Of a DNA stretch of 64,000 bases, positions 14,521 to 29,790 are shown piece after piece (the first letter of the stretch is position 1; each line of letters opens with the position of its first letter). Location: contig OZ024743.1 in NCBI GenBank assembly GCA_964016885.1, positions 155,620,001 through 155,684,000 on the forward strand, written 5' to 3'. The notes below the pieces were generated by a model. That model was not told the origin of the DNA, ran no database searches, and saw only the letters and a list, made by a program, of their open reading frames with translations. The DNA is from Eledone cirrhosa (Eukaryota). Made by a program: the position numbers and the translations under genes.

Positions 14521-15849
14521 ACAAAATACATAACTGTTTTACCAGCATAGCGTCGGATACGTTTACGACAGAACTTGCTGAATATAGATATTTAAAATAT
14601 AGTGTGAATGAACAAGAACAGAAAATATATGAGTATACAAAAAAAATGAATGCCTAAAACAATCCTAGTTTTGCTACTGATGTATGACCAATCCTATGTA
14701 GCACTTTAAACTTAAACAACTCATTTCAATCACTGTCAGGCACATCGCTAATTTGAGTAAAATAGCAATTATTTCTTCTGGATTATTCCGACAAAACATT
14801 TACAACATTTGAAGATATATGGCTTAGAAAGTTATACAAAATGCACTGCTACATTATTTCATACTTAAGATTGGAGGCAAACAGTGGAAAGTGTAATTAA
14901 TTGTAATTCATTGTTCAATTAATATATACTTTTCGTAATTGCTAAGTTGTATTTATTCCAATGGGAATTTATTCAAAGAATGATTGTGTTAACTTGTGTT
15001 AACAATGAAAATATTGTTCACTCAGACATTTATGTCAGACCCCTATACAATTTAAATAAACTGTATCTTTCTATCCAGAAGCTTGCGAGTGCCTGTTTGT
15101 ATCTGAGTGGAAGAATCTAGATTTACGATACCTCTATTAGCGTACATTTGGCCTCAAACCGCCTATGATCCGGTTTTATTTTTCAGTCAAAATCTCCTCT
15201 AAATAGAATGATTCAATGTCTTTATATTTAAATGTATCTGATGTGGCAGGCTTCAATTGGTGTATTTTGTATATCCCCTACAGAAAAAATGTTCAACTGT
15301 GTACAATATTCTGGAAAAAAAGAAATATTTTTAGGAATGTCTTTAGGATGTGTAACGACTGAGATTCATTTTCAGAGAATATTGTAATGCTGACCAAATA
15401 CTTGCATTAGTGTAAATAATTACAAATCTAAGTTTTGGAAAATAACAATGAAATGGAATCTGATTTAGGAAATCCTGTTATTGTGTTCTTCCTTACTTTG
15501 TTAACTTGATTAATCTTTCTGAGGTCTTATTGTCTGTCCATCATTATCCGATATCTAATCCCAATATGGAATATCATGATAAATTAATCTGAGTAAACAA
15601 AATGTTAAATTTGCATGAGTTAAAATAAAAGACTTGTTTATATTTCATGGAGGCAATATTTTCGCAAGCATTCTGTTCAGATCTTTTTCCAGGTTATACG
15701 ACTCTTCCGTTAACCACTCGGCATAAAATGTTCCAAAAAAGATATTAACAATCATTGTTCCTAGTAAATTTCGAAGACAAAGCCCTACACATGTTGGTTA
15801 GGTAAACACTGATCTGTGCTGAGGCGCTACAGTACCCTGGCTCTGAGTC

Positions 15850-17250
15850 AGTGCCTAATCAGGTGGTGAAGTATCACTCTGTATGTGTTTCGGACCCGTC
15901 GACCAGTGTTACTCGAGGTCATTCACCAATGTATTGCACAGCAGGACAATCTTTGGTGAATTTGATGCTGTGACTCCATTCAACTCAACATGTCAGAAGA
16001 ATATGAAATTTTATAGGTTTAATGTTATAACTCCGAACAAGGAGTCGCCTGCCACATCAATGTATCAAGCTCACCAAACATCTTATCGTTTGAGTCAAAC
16101 TTATTAATTCGCTTTCTCGGATGCCTTCGATAATTCCATAGAAAATTAATTATTCTCCTTTGAGGACAGTCCGATGACCCAAAGGAACGTGTCAACCTTA
16201 GTTCTAATAAATTCACTGATTCCTATCTCTACAGAGACAGAGAGTATCTCCCGTCCACATGTTTTAGAGATTTAAACCAGATCCTGATTTTCTGTTGAAT
16301 GTCTCATCAATGTTCACCTCACAAAAGATAGTAAGCTCTACCATCTTCCCCACAGTTCTCACCTTGCACCGCAAGATGTGGTCGAGTCTCCGGTTGGAAA
16401 TAAGGGGAATTTGTTATTTGCTGTCTAGGTCAACTCATACCTCACATATGTCTTTTCATTTTGGGTCAGTCTTCTTTCTTACAGGGGCTGGCTTGTAGAG
16501 TTATCGTTCATTTCAAAAGTCATCCTGCGCCTCTCCATTACTTTTGGTTTCTCGCCATAGTTTATCCCCTTCACCCTCTCTTCCACTGCATCGACCAGTA
16601 GTATAATCACCTTGTTATGCCACTATTACTATTCATTTCTGTTGTTCAGGCCCATTTGGCAACTGGAGAGTGCGTGTCTCACCGCTTCAGCCTTTAACAT
16701 TGTAGGATTGTGGGACAAGAAAACTGGTTCTGGTTGGCTCCCATGACAAAATCTCCTGCCATCCGTGAAATACACTCGAATAGAGAGTGTCCTAGGCAGT
16801 TTCTATTAATCTCCACAGGATAAATTGTATGGAAGTATCTTAGAGAATCCAAGAAGTACTCTGTTGTCACCGATACAATCCCGTTTCTTCCAGGTCTGAG
16901 CCCTGGTTGGGGGGAATGCACGATGTGGTCACTTGAATAGCCCAGCATCAGAAAGACTCACCCGATATCACACAAGTACTGTTAGACTACTGTACCTCCT
17001 CTTGCTCACCATTCCTGTGCAAAGTCGGACATGTGAAGGTTCGGAGCGAACCTAGCCATTTGCGGTTATAGATATTGCATTTCCGCTCAAAAGTCTTAAC
17101 ACGTATAAATGCGACTTTATATAACGTCAGTAGCTACTTGAATCCGAGGCATAGTGGAAACTGCAAGTACCAGTGCTTGAACTTGCCTAGCAGTAACGTT
17201 ATATCTATCACATGAAGTTCATCCTCGGCCATCTACTAGTGTCTTAGTCC
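15850..17250 (-). mobile_element. Ancient CR1/L2-like LINE relic (APE-RT)
   Basis: Weak minus-strand echoes only: HVELNGVTASNSP..LVNDL (cf. VTSGVPQG..INDL) near 15910-16000 and AGDF near 16750. Higher GC than the flanks. Confidence 0.3.
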
Positions 17251-17817
17251 CAGTGAGTATACAGGTTACTTTATCTTACTGTCAACACAAACGACATTTA
17301 CTATTTTGTTATTTTCATTTAGATCAATTGGAAATATGTGATTATTAAATAGATTCTTTAGAAATTGAATCTTTTTTATCATAGACACATCTATGTGATT
17401 ATATAATGCTATTGAAATAAAGATTAATTTATTTTAACAAATAATTAGTATACAGTCGATAGGGGGGATTATTCGGACAAATAGGACTAGGTCAGAAACA
17501 ACACTGTCACAGGTTTAGCCAAAGTAGTAATTAATCACAAAATCTCAAACTAATGGAGCTCAGGTGAGAACAAAACTTTTACATTTTAGCCAGCCTTTTA
17601 CTTCTAAAATTAATGTATTGACTGTACCGGTGATATCTCCGCCGATGCTCACGTTTGTAATGACATATATAATAACGTCATGATTGGTGTCAAGTGCATG
17701 ATAGTTATATGTTTGCAATACAAAATTAATGCTTATATTTGCTAACATATTGACTAGACATCAAATCAAATGAGCGAAATATGAGTGCTCGCACATATAC
17801 ACACAGCACAATAAAAT

Positions 17818-17851
<34 letters not shown>

Positions 17852-17920
17852 ATATTTTATCCTGGTGTATGTATATGTGTACATGTATATATAAATATGT
17901 ATACATGTATGTATATATGT

Positions 17921-17962
<42 letters not shown>

Positions 17963-18307
17963 GAGGGTGCGTGTATGCGTGGTCTGTATGTGCGTGCGTG
18001 AGTTTGTGTGCCAATATCACATAAGCTAGCCAGAAAGCTATTTTAATAACGATACAGTTTTATTAAAAATGAAATGGGTTATAATGGATGCTTAGAAATA
18101 TTGAGTGCGATATAAATTTTCACAATTTTTCAGTTGAAATACTTTTGAATAATATATCAGTTCATTGTTTATGACAGGAATCTTAGTTGGTCTGGTGACC
18201 TTCGAGAGAATCTATTTCATTTTGACATATACAATTTTAATAATGGTAAAGAAAAATGTAACTTTTTCTATTACAGTCAAAACCAAAATACTAATTTGAA
18301 GTTTGAA

Positions 18308-18338
<31 letters not shown>

Positions 18339-18867
18339 ATAGGCTGGTATAGATGTCAAAATTTGTCTGCAATTTATATTAAGTTTCATTTATATTTTTA
18401 TTGTGTAGTTTTCAAATTCTTGAATATTTTACATAATCAATCTTATTGAAAATACAAGTACCCTTAAAACTACAATTTCTCATACTACTGTCATATATAC
18501 AGCTGATTCTAAAGATCATGAATTCTTGGTAAAGATGACAGAAGTAGATAAGGGATTGTAGAGATCATACCGAAAGTTTATTGTATTTGAGTTTTTACCA
18601 GGCTTGACACAAGAACTGTTCACGACCGTACCATCTGAATAGCAGTGTGTGTGAATAGGCGATGAAATTTCAAGGTATGTTGCGTGATTTCCATGATTCC
18701 AAATATAGTTATTGAGCATATTACATGATTTTATATAATGATCATATTATGATATGTGTTTTAATTATATTTTATATTTATCACATCCTTTTACATATTC
18801 GAGACCCTCAGTTTTATGTAAAACTAAGCATAACGTTTTAATTGTCGATATAATATGTATAATGGCT

Positions 18868-19052
18868 CCGATGTTGTTGTTGTTGTTTCGTTGTTGTTGT
18901 TGTTGTTTTGTTGTTGTTGTTGTTGTTGTTGTTTTCGTCGTTGACGTTGTTGTTGTTGTTCTTCTTCTTCTTCTCCTTCTTCTTCTTCTTCTTCTTCTTC
19001 TTCTTCTTCTTCTTCTTCTTCTTCTTCTTCTTCTTCTTCTTCTTCTTCTTTT
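18868..19052. repeat. Compound (GTT)n-(CTT)n trinucleotide microsatellite
   Basis: Direct reading. Confidence 0.95.
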
Positions 19053-19437
19053 CATCTTACTATTGTTTTCCTTTTCCTTCCGTTTTATTTCTATTTCATG
19101 CCGTCTGCCCTTTCGACACCTTGGGCAAAAGAACTCATTACACATATTAATGTGCAACAAAAATAAACACACTACATTGTTAAGGTCACCCACTCAACAT
19201 ATTTACAAGCGTATTATTTTATTTATACATGTCCATATATTCTATTCAAAATCATAGTTCCAACAGAATTATTTTCCGTCATATAACATTGCATGATTAT
19301 TTACAAAGAAAAGAGAGGGGTATCAGGTACGAAGATAGTACTTTTTGTACTTTTTTAAATACGTGTGCTGTACCAGTTAAAATAATTGTTTAAACTTCTT
19401 GCACTGGTTGTAATCCAAATATCATTTAAAAATAATT

Positions 19438-19500
19438 TTCTGTTTTTGTTTTTGTTTTTGTTTTTGTTTTTGTTTTTGTTTTTGTTTTTGTTTATGTTTT
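19438..19500. repeat. (TGTTTT)n hexanucleotide repeat
   Basis: About 10 direct units. Confidence 0.95.
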
Positions 19501-19599
19501 CCTATCTTCCTACTTCTCCTACAACCACTGATTATTGAAACCACCTTGAGATGTCACGTCTTCAATTTAAATGTAACGTTCTTCATATTTTCCTAAATT

Positions 19600-19875
19600 G
19601 TCATATTCTTTACACAAGAATTTCCGACGCACGAAATTTGACACTCATTTTCAGCCTCTACAATATGTATGCATATCCAAGCTGTTACAGATCTTGGAAT
19701 GGAATGGCATTTGTTTCGGAAAAGCTTGGATCTCTCGACAAGGACAGTCTTCCTGGATACAGAAGGAAATTTGGTATTGCTGAACGTGACAAGTATAAAA
19801 GAGCCTGCCTTCTGGCTTGTGGCTGTATTTGCCCCTACGGGGGCAGCACGGCTAGATTTCCTGTCAAGGATGTTA
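19600..19875 (+). mobile_element. L1/Tx1-clade APE endonuclease fragment
   Basis: LFRKSLDL..VFLDTEGNLVLLNV..FWLVAVFAPTG..RLDF matches the Tx1 D.EGR..V..VYAP pattern. Confidence 0.6.
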
Positions 19876-19899
19876 TTCACTTCGTTAATTCTGCCTTTT

Positions 19900-20330
19900 A
19901 GCTGTCGCTGCTACGTTTTTTAATATTTTTTTCAATGCATTACTGCCTACTTATTAAGTGATCTCCAATATATTAGCAATTGCACGTCTGTCCTTTTCTG
20001 ATTTGTCCTTCAGTTTATCAACGCGTCATTTCTCATATTCACTTCCTCTTCTTCCTGTTGGATTCGAGCATTTTCCATACACTCATCTCTATTTAAATCC
20101 CCAACAACCTGAGCTTCTATATCCTCGACGCACTCATGTTTTCTGTTTCGTTTTATCATTTCAATCTCAATTTCAGAGAACCATCCCTTTTTGCGTATTA
20201 TCCTTGCCTGATCACAAATCCTGTTTTCAGTTACTTTATAGAGCTCTATTTCCAGTCATACTCGGAACATCCCTTTTCTATATCCTATAATTGGCGCACA
20301 CTTTTCATTCAGAGTCTTCTTTCTAAAATA
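19900..20330 (-). mobile_element. R4/Dong non-LTR element, N-terminal region fragment
   Basis: Minus strand reads [46 protein letters not shown], which matches the GYR.RM..W..EQR..DQ.R.I N-terminal motif of R4/Dong ORFs. Confidence 0.55.
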
Positions 20331-21993
20331 TCAATACATAACTACCTTGCTTACCTTCTTAATTCACTTCAATCTAGCAGTTCCATGATGAGGACTGTGC
20401 CTGTGCACTTCAAGCAAAGGCCATCTGCTGGATGAGCCATCTTCACTAGAAGCTCCATCACCATTTACGTTTTAGTGTAAACAAAGGTTTCGATTCATTT
20501 AACTTATTGAGGTTAGCGGTTTTAAGGTTCTACCACGACCGGTCTATTTTCGTTTTGAGACACCATCTATGGAGGATGACATGAACTGCTTTAAGGAGCC
20601 ATCACAACTTAAAGCAATCCAATATTTTGTGCACCGCAGCTGAAATTTTACAAATTTACAAATAGCTTAAGCACCTATTCAATGGTACAGCCCATGAAAT
20701 GTATTTTCATTAGCATACCTTCCTCCGCTAATTAACACTGTAGGAACATTTGAAGAAGCTACCTTTCTTTTGGTCAGGTGGTAGATTTTATTATATTTTT
20801 AACACGAGTATTGATAGAAAAGCAACTAGAAAAAGAAATGTATTTTCATATTTAAAATTCACAACTATGCTTTGATGACATGATCACTATGAGGCTACTC
20901 TTAGTTCAAGTGTTTTTCTGTTACAGTTTCGATGTATGATGCCTACGTTCACTGTTAGCATGTATAATATAATACATTGCATCATTGTCGATCATAGAAG
21001 TGCCAAAATCAATATGAGTGTGCCTTTGAAATGGCGTGCTTTCGCTTATCAGTGTATATTGGCGTTGTGCTCCCATACATGGAATGGTGTGACTGCTGCA
21101 GCTAGACCTATCATAGCCACCATCATAAAAGTAGAATCAAAATGTACCACGGTTAGATACCAAACCGTGCAGCCCACAACTTATATTAATCTCTATTATC
21201 CTTTTCTAGCGCTACTAGGTTACTCCCTCCCCCTCGTAACTTCCAGAAGTTGCACCATTTCCACTATAAGACTTCTGACTTGTTACGTAAGACGAGCATC
21301 TCATATTCCTTTCCTGAGAATTGTTAAAGAACAATATTATGCACATCGATCTTAATAAACTCATTGTACTAGAAATAAACCATGGCAAAAACCCAACAAC
21401 ATTTTCAAAAAGGCCAAACACACGTCCCTTATACACACACCAAACAAAGATGTGTTCTAGCTCTGCAAGGACGTAGTTCACATACGTTACACATTACACT
21501 TTATTAAAAAAAACAACTTTTTGGGGCATCAGTAATCGATGTACTGCATGAGATCGAATGCAAAGTATTTCACGGTAGAAGAGCCAACAGGATAGAGAAT
21601 TGTGATTGATCTCGCTTGAATACTTCTCTGTTCCCTGCACTAATAATAACTAGCCGCTACCTATGACCTATGAGGAAATGCAAATATAACCATATAGATA
21701 TATCGTAGGAATGATTTTCATTTATTCTCATTTGACTACATATCTCATTTGACAGTTACATTTAATTCATTGTATTCTTCTAAATGTACTTCATGTGTAA
21801 AATATATAAACAATTATATTCACATATAATTGTTTATATATTTATTAACAATTATATCAAATAGGAAATTGTTTACGTATCCAAATGAAATGTTCGTTTC
21901 AATATCATTTCCTTGTGTAATTATAATCAATCAAGCGAGTGAATCGTATATATGTAAACAACACACACAAACACACGCTAGCGCACACAGAAG

Positions 21994-22232
<239 letters not shown>

Positions 22233-22308
22233 TATATTAAATTACTTTTACACTGCTATGTATCGAATACCTTAATTACTGTGGTTGTCCCCGATTTAAC
22301 CCGTGATC

Positions 22309-22347
<39 letters not shown>

Positions 22348-23600
22348 CACGATGCAAAACAATTAATAAAGCAGTTGGATCTACAATTGCATTATACATT
22401 CTTAGGTTTTTCAGAATAAGATTAAGAATAATTGTTGTTTTATGTAATATAATATGATTTAATGTTATTTGTTTGGGAATAAGAACAACCTGTGAAAATT
22501 AAATTGATATGGATGTTGAATCTTTAATTTATAATGATAGAAATTATTTGTGTTTTATAACTCGAAAACGTTTAATGGACCACACTAACACTAATTTCTA
22601 AGATTTACGATTGTTTTTAAATATTGATGCTGGAGAACATGATGTTATTAGAAATTATATGGAAATATTCGAATCACAAATGGGGTGCTACAGTTAAACC
22701 GTATTTCCAAGAAAAGAAAGGTAATTACAAAACCAAAATGATCGAGCATCAAATGTGGTTGTACGGTTGAATGTATGAAGGATTTACATCCGAATGCTGA
22801 AGATAATTCCTAGATTTGAAATGCAGGCTTTGCTCTGTGCATACTTTCTGTTTATTAAGACTGATCGTCGGTAATAACGATGTATAGTGTTTGAGCCTGG
22901 AACTATTAAACTTAAACATTACCACCCCACACACAAACGATGTGATCATAGCGTGTTAAAACAATGAGAATATTTCATGTTAGTGTGTTAAAACAATGAG
23001 AATATTTCAGCTATGACAATATATCCCAGAGTTTTCTGATACATATCATTTCTAGCCTTCAAATCAATTGCTCCATCTAAACAAGGATCAACCAGCACTC
23101 TGGTATTCATTTAATCAATGTAATGAATTGATGTATATTTTTTCTGCCTGTGGTTATCTTCAATCAATCCATCTATTTCCACTTCAAAAATATTTTACTG
23201 ACAAAATGCTAGCTCTCCATACATATTAAGAATGCTGATGAATCAATTTTACTTTAGCTCGCCATTACATTCGGGGTTGACCTGGTGCAAGGAATAACAA
23301 TAAACGTTAAGAACAATATCATAAAATTGACTTTGTAATTTAGTTGATGGGGGCCTAAAACACATATAAATGATTATTTTACCTCTTTGTCATCCAATTA
23401 ATCAAACAAATGTATTTCAATATATCCTCTTCTCAAATAAAATGTCATCAGCGTCAGAATCACAATATTTCTATCTCGATAGTGAAAAGACAGCACATAT
23501 ATAAGACAAGGAATTTGAGAGATATGCTCGGTATTAATGTACAAATTGTACTCTGTTATGTATCAATATATATATTATACAAGAATGGGATGCTCGCTAA

Positions 23601-24231
23601 TCTATATATATATAAAACTGTTGATCTGTGTGTGTGTGTGTCTGTGAGTTTCAATCCCTAAAACTCAAGAAGAACCAAACCGATTTCTTTCAAACTTTAC
23701 ATGTATATTACTTATGTTTCAGCGAGTGTTATGCATATAAATAAATTCAACCTTTTGATTCCTTAGGGCCAACATTAGGTGAAAAACTGCGTTTTTTTCA
23801 GATTTTTAGTGGTTTATTGAGGCGTTACGTCAGACCGATTTCCTTGAAATTATAACTATGTATTAGTCAGTCTCTTCTTCATACCGTGAGCAAAGAAAAT
23901 CCAACATTTTTATGGCCTAGGTGAAAAACTTAATTTTTTCAGCTTTTTGGGACATTTTTGAGGCGTTACGTCTAGCCGATTTTCCCAAAATTTCAAGGCA
24001 TATTATGCACATAAAAAAATACATTTTCTTGATCCCTAGGGCCTGCATTAGGTGAAAACCTTCATTTTTCCTTCTTCATCGAGGAAAAGCTTAAAGATTA
24101 TCCTGCTATCAATGTATTCAGTTTATTTTCTTTACCTATTGTCCAGGCATGCAGTTTTTCCACGATTAGGTTTGTTGGCGGCCCGCGTTCCAAAATAACT
24201 TATCCTATGCAACGCCGAGTACCATTGCTAG
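23601..24231 (+). mobile_element. Non-autonomous Helitron
   Basis: A|TCTATATATATATAAAACTG start. The end is GCAACGCCGAGTACCATTG-CTAG|T. Internal subrepeats (CCTAGGG..TAGGTGAAAA x3, GAGGCGTTACGTC x2). No TSD. Confidence 0.8.
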
Positions 24232-24586
24232 TATTTGATATAATTCATCGTAGATATAGTGATGGTTTAGTATTATTAACTTTCTTCTGAGAAATGTTAC
24301 ACCAGTTGTTATTAAATCATCATTAAATGTTTAACATGATGAAGGTTTTAGTAAATTCACAGTCTTACAGAATTAAAAATGGTGACATAGGTTTATTCAT
24401 TGTGAGGACTTCGGCATGTAGGACATTCAGATGTGCGCTGGCTAAAATGGAAAACCAAAACCGATTAACTTCTTGCTATACGGAATGTTAAATAAATTCG
24501 CATTCACATTCCATTGTTTTCCAGAATTAGATGGTGTATTAGATTGGGTTTCCGTTTTCTCTACCCTGAATCTCCCAAAATACATA

Positions 24587-27500
24587 TCTATTTATTAATT
24601 TGAATAACGTCAGTATTACTTGTGTCATAATTCACGATTATCATTGGATCATAGGTTTCAAACGACTCCGCCCACCTCAACGACGCCAAACTTAAATTAA
24701 TATGCCAATGAGGGAGTGAGAGGAGAGAATGTGAACGCTGTGTTCAATAACTATTAACATGTGTGCGTGTGTATGTACGTGCGCGTATGTTTATGTGTGT
24801 GTGCGTGCGTGCCGCGTTCCACAGAAAGTAAAAACTATCAACATGTGTGAGTGTATGCGTGTGTAAGTTTGCGTGCATTTGCGCGTTTCCATGCGTGTAT
24901 GTGTGTGGCTTTCCACAATCGCCACGCAGTGTATCTGTGCATGTCTGTCAGTCTAACACACACAGGGTTGTGAAGGGAGTAAATAGGGACCTTTATTTAC
25001 ATTGACGGACATCTTTTATATTTATTATTGTGTCAAAAAGTGAACTACAGCGGCGACGGCGTGCAGCGAGCAATTAAGAAAAACGGGTAGAGCAGCGCCA
25101 TCGGAACACCGAACTTCAGAGACGAATACGTGTCGCCATGAATGAAGAGGGGCTGGCTGATCAACGCCAACGAAACACTAGAGTCAAGCAGCGAAGGCGT
25201 GCTGCGATGGTTGAAGACGAACTGGCTGAGCATCATCAGCAGCAACGGCCTGCTGCGATGGATGAAGAGGAGCTGGCTGAACAGCGCCAGCGCAATACAG
25301 AAGTTCAGAGAATCAGTCGCCAAAGTGTTCCTCATTCCAGTAAAGAGGCTAGAAGGCGAACGAATGACATGAAAAATGGAGCATGGCAACTGTGTCATTT
25401 TCAGATTCCTGGACGTACAGAGTGTCCACATTGTGTCCACATTGAGGCACAAAAAGACGTGGACCACAATGTGCTGTCATAAAAGGAGCAGTTCAACTAG
25501 AACCCTTGCGAATGTTGGATGATGAGGAGTCACTGGAGTTTAAAATACTAACTATGTGGCGTGATCAAGGAGACCGAGGTATATTTCTGCGCAAATATTC
25601 GCGGAAAATTAACAATTCATTAGTTTTAGCATCGCATAGAGTTAGTGAGATGTTGAGAGTGGAGCATGGAAACCGTATGTAGTCATTCAAGGCCGTTTGT
25701 ATCATTGTATCGATAATTTAGAAGTTACCACATGAGAGAGGGCTCGATTCGCTCAAATTTACGTTAACGATCCAGATTATAGTGAATTGGAGGAGGATAT
25801 CAGGATCGGTTGGATGAAGTTGCCGGGAAATATAACTGAACTTGAACGTCAAAGGTTAAGTGATTTGATCCGTGATTTGCAATCATGGCTTAGACAGTGT
25901 AATCTTATTTTATGGATTTCATGTTGGTGGCTGAACCGCAAAATATTCAGCAGCAAACATTGGTGATTAAGGCTGACGCAGTGACGAGGATTCAACACGA
26001 ACGGCGATATAATGCCCCTGAAGGATTTCGTGAAGCTGCTGTGTTGATGGACGATAAGCCTGGATCGAGAGATATCGTCCTCAATCGCAGAGATGGTGGT
26101 CTCAAGACAATCAATGTGTCAAATAGGGCATACGTTCCATTGCATTATGTTCTTTTATTCCCACAAGGTGAAAATGGATGGAACATATCTGTTTATTTAG
26201 ATGATCATGAGAATCAGCATTAACAGGGAGGTGGCAATAGACAAAATAATTCGATTCGCGGCTTTTACGCGTTCCATTTGAACGAGAGGAATCAACTGAG
26301 AAATGCCCTATTTCAAGCCAGCAGATTGTACCAGGAATACTCTTGTATGGTATTCCCAAATATGGAAAATCTAAGGCTAAATTATTTAGCTACACATCAG
26401 CAACATATCAGAGCTGAATTGTATAATAATATACAGGATGCGATAACAGCCGATGATGCTAATTAAAAGCAAATTGGTCGACGCATCATTTTACCATCGT
26501 CGTTCATCGGCGGCGTGAGATATATGGGTATTCGCTATCAGGGTGCAATGGCTATTGTCAGAAAGTTTCGAAACCCAGATTTGTTCATACCGGTTGCATA
26601 CAATCCCGAATGGACTGATATTAAGGATGCACTTTTGCCAGGACAACAGCCAAAGAACCGTCCTGATATTGTGCACTACGCAACTTGGTGGCAGAGTCAA
26701 TGGTGAACAACCAATGTGGAGTGGCAAATGAAAAATGGCCAATGCAGTAATCACTTTCCGAAATCTTTTGTCACGAACACTTCCTGGAACGATGTGGATG
26801 TTCATCCCTCATACAGAAGACGGTCGCCTGCAGATGGCGTTTGGTCGAAAATGAAAACGGTCGACAGGTTACAAATCAATGGGCTGTGCCCTACAATCCA
26901 TATTTGATTATGAAATATCGTTGTCATATAAATGTGGAAATTTGTAGCTCAGTGAAAGGTTGCAAATATATATTCAAATATGTTTACAAAGGTCATGATC
27001 GGGCAATGATCAATGTCAGCAATGAGGAAGCGAATCAAGGAGATGAAGTTGGCAGGTTCCTTGATGTTCGCTCGATTGGATCTAGCGAATTAGCTGGAGA
27101 TTGTTCGATGTTCATCTCAATGAATGCAATCCCAGCGTTTAGAAACGGACGTTTCACTTAGAGATTATAGGCATATGGTCTGTTTTCAGGACACTAGAAG
27201 AGGTGTTGAAAGACTTGCTAACGCACCACCTCCTAAGACGGAATTGACTGAGTCGTTCAAGCATAATAAGGAACATGCTTTAAACCCGGATCAACGGCAA
27301 CTCTACTGCGATTTTCCTTTGCACTATACGTGGGATATGAAGGGAAAGAAATGGAATGATAGAAAACAAAATTGAGATTCATGACTATTGAACGGGTTTG
27401 TAATGTCAATCCAGCATATGGTCATGTGTTTTATCTCCGAATTCTGTTGCATAATGATTTTTCGAGAGGCAAACAGAACTTCGCTGATTTGAAAACAATC

Positions 27501-29790
27501 AATGGCGTGGAATATGAAACATACCAGGCTGTGTCAGCATCTGGGACTCCTTCAGGATGACGCTGAATGGAATAACGCCACGGAAGCTGCAGAAACAACA
27601 CAGATGCCAGCGATCGTGCCTATCGAAGAGAGTTATTTGAACGCCATTGGTGAATTATGACTGATGATTTTAGGTATCATCTTCAAGTCGATGATGAAAA
27701 CTTGATGAAAGCTATTGTTTTGCTCAATATTGAGCAACTGCTTGAAGTTCATTTCAAATGTTTAACAGATTTCAAATTGCCAATTCCTGATTGAGAAATG
27801 CGGCAAGGTGTCTTAGCATTGGACGGAGGGAACTATTCGAGTTTGATCCACTGGAACAGCAATGTATTGTGGATGAACGTATACCAATGTTGACCGAATC
27901 TCAGAGAGAATTGGGCGATTGCGTTCTCCACTCGATTTCCACTAATGAGCAACTTTGTGCTTTCATAGATGCTCCAGGAGGCACCAGAAAGACATTCTGT
28001 TTCAACAATATGTTATCGGCAATCAGAGCTCAGAGGTCGATTGCTCTCTCTGTGGCCACCAGTGGGGTCGCTGCCACTTTGCTGAGTGGTGGAAGGACCT
28101 TCCACTCATGCTTCAAGGCTCCATTGGCTCCGGATGAGTTGAGTGGCTGTAACATTACAGGACAAAGTGAACTCGTGTGCCTTATACGCAACACGTCTCT
28201 GATTATTTGGGACCAATGGCATACAGATATTTGTTGGAGGCATTGGACATAACTTTGAGAGATATCTGCGGTAGTGACCTGCCATTCGGTGGTAAGACTA
28301 TCGTTCTTGGTGGCGATTTCAGACAGGTGCTACCAATCGTTAGCAATGCTCAAAGAGCGGAAATTGTCGATGCATGTGTGAAAAAGTCCACGTTGTATCG
28401 CCATTTCAGAGTTTTGCGATTACACGAAAAAACGAAGAGGCTGAGACATACGGCCGATGGTTGAAGTAGTTGGGAAACGATGAATTCCGACACGTTGGTT
28501 ATAATCAGACTGTAAGAATCCCAGACCATTTGGTCATGTCACTGGACCGCCAAGCATTGATTGACTGGATGTTCCCTAATTTTTATACTTTTTGGCAGAA
28601 TATCTCCTGGATATCGGAACGCGTTATTCTAACTCATACGAATGCAACGGTCGATGAAATAAATTCACAAGTAGCCGAAATGTTTCCTAGAGAGGAATGG
28701 TTGACCGTCAGTGCGGATGCAATGGAGCCTAATCAGCAGAACATTATGGATGTTCCGACTGTGTATCTGAATTCACTTCAAATACCCGGATTTCCCCCCT
28801 CATATTGTGAGGTTGAAAAAGGGTATGCCGATTATATTGCTTCGAAATATCAATCATAAAATGGGTCTTTGCAATGGTACCAGATTGATTGTTGAGAGAT
28901 TGATTAACGGAAGAGTTTTAGGAGCTAAACTCCCAGGCAGAGAGAATCGGTTCTCATTCTGAGCATCATGCTGAGACCAAGTGAAGATCTGCTGCCATTC
29001 ATTTGGCAAAGGAGCCAGTTTCCCGTCAATTTAGCCTTCTCCATGACTGTCAACAAGGCACAGGGAGAGACTTTCAAGTGAGTTGGTGTCTACTTGAATT
29101 ATCCAGCATTCAGCCATGGGCAACTGTATGTTCCTGCATCTCGAGTGTGCGATCCTGATGGTATACAATTTGCCACAGAGGATTACAGTATTGGCAAAAA
29201 TTACATTCACTGCTATGTTGCGCAATAAATACCAACAAGTATTGGTAGAAATTGCCTTCACTACTATGCATATTCGACGTAAATAATTCAGACATTGGTG
29301 TCCTTTGATCAGTATTGTGAGCTTTGACAGAGTTATCATTTATGTTCAATGTCATTTATTGTCGATAATGAGCAATAACAAACAAGTATTGGTAGAAATT
29401 GCCTTCAAATTTATCGCTTCTGATATCGGTGGTAATAAAACATCATCATATGCTGAGTCTGGCAAAACTTTTGGTGCTTATGGCCGACCAGGGCTAGAGT
29501 AATATTGAAAAACGATTCTCTTTTCGAAGTAGAAGGATCCGCCATTTGGAGTTCAAACCAGCCCACCTCCCCCAGTTGAACTCTGGGCAATATTGACTGT
29601 CTATTACTCAGTGGCTAAGAGCCTGGAAATTACTGAATAAATGTTTGTGTCATATAATTTGTTGTTTTATAGCTGACCACTTATAGATAAGCATGCTATG
29701 CATATCTATATCAATTTGGTATTTGTATAAACCATGTCAAGTAAATAGGGACCTTTTTTTACATTGACTGACATCTTTTATATTAAATAT
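24587..29790 (+). mobile_element. Helitron RepHel pseudogene (element 1)
   Basis: RFAQIYVND, RRYNAP, AYVPLHYVLLFPQGENGW, RLYQEY, AMAIVRKF.NPDLF..NPEW, VPYNP..HINVEICSS..KYIFKYVYKGHD (Y2 motif). PIF1 motifs FIDAPGGTRKTF, SGVAATLL..GRTFHS, GDFRQVLP, QFPV.LAFSMTVNKAQG. Many frameshifts. The 5' A|TC is tentative. Confidence 0.9.

Noticed and set aside
11400-15800. Exon-like pieces at ~11400-11495, 12935-13070, 13595-13787 and 15692-15800
   Set aside because: Stops in the relevant frames or no recognisable motif, and they cannot be assembled into a gene from sequence alone.
18754-19257. Long ORFs with poly-L/V or poly-R/T/Q on both strands
   Set aside because: Artefacts of the (GTT)n(CTT)n microsatellite.
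25130-25340. E/Q/R-rich repeated peptide as a captured host gene
   Set aside because: It sits at the N-terminus of the RepHel ORF, where Helitrons commonly have charged repeats.
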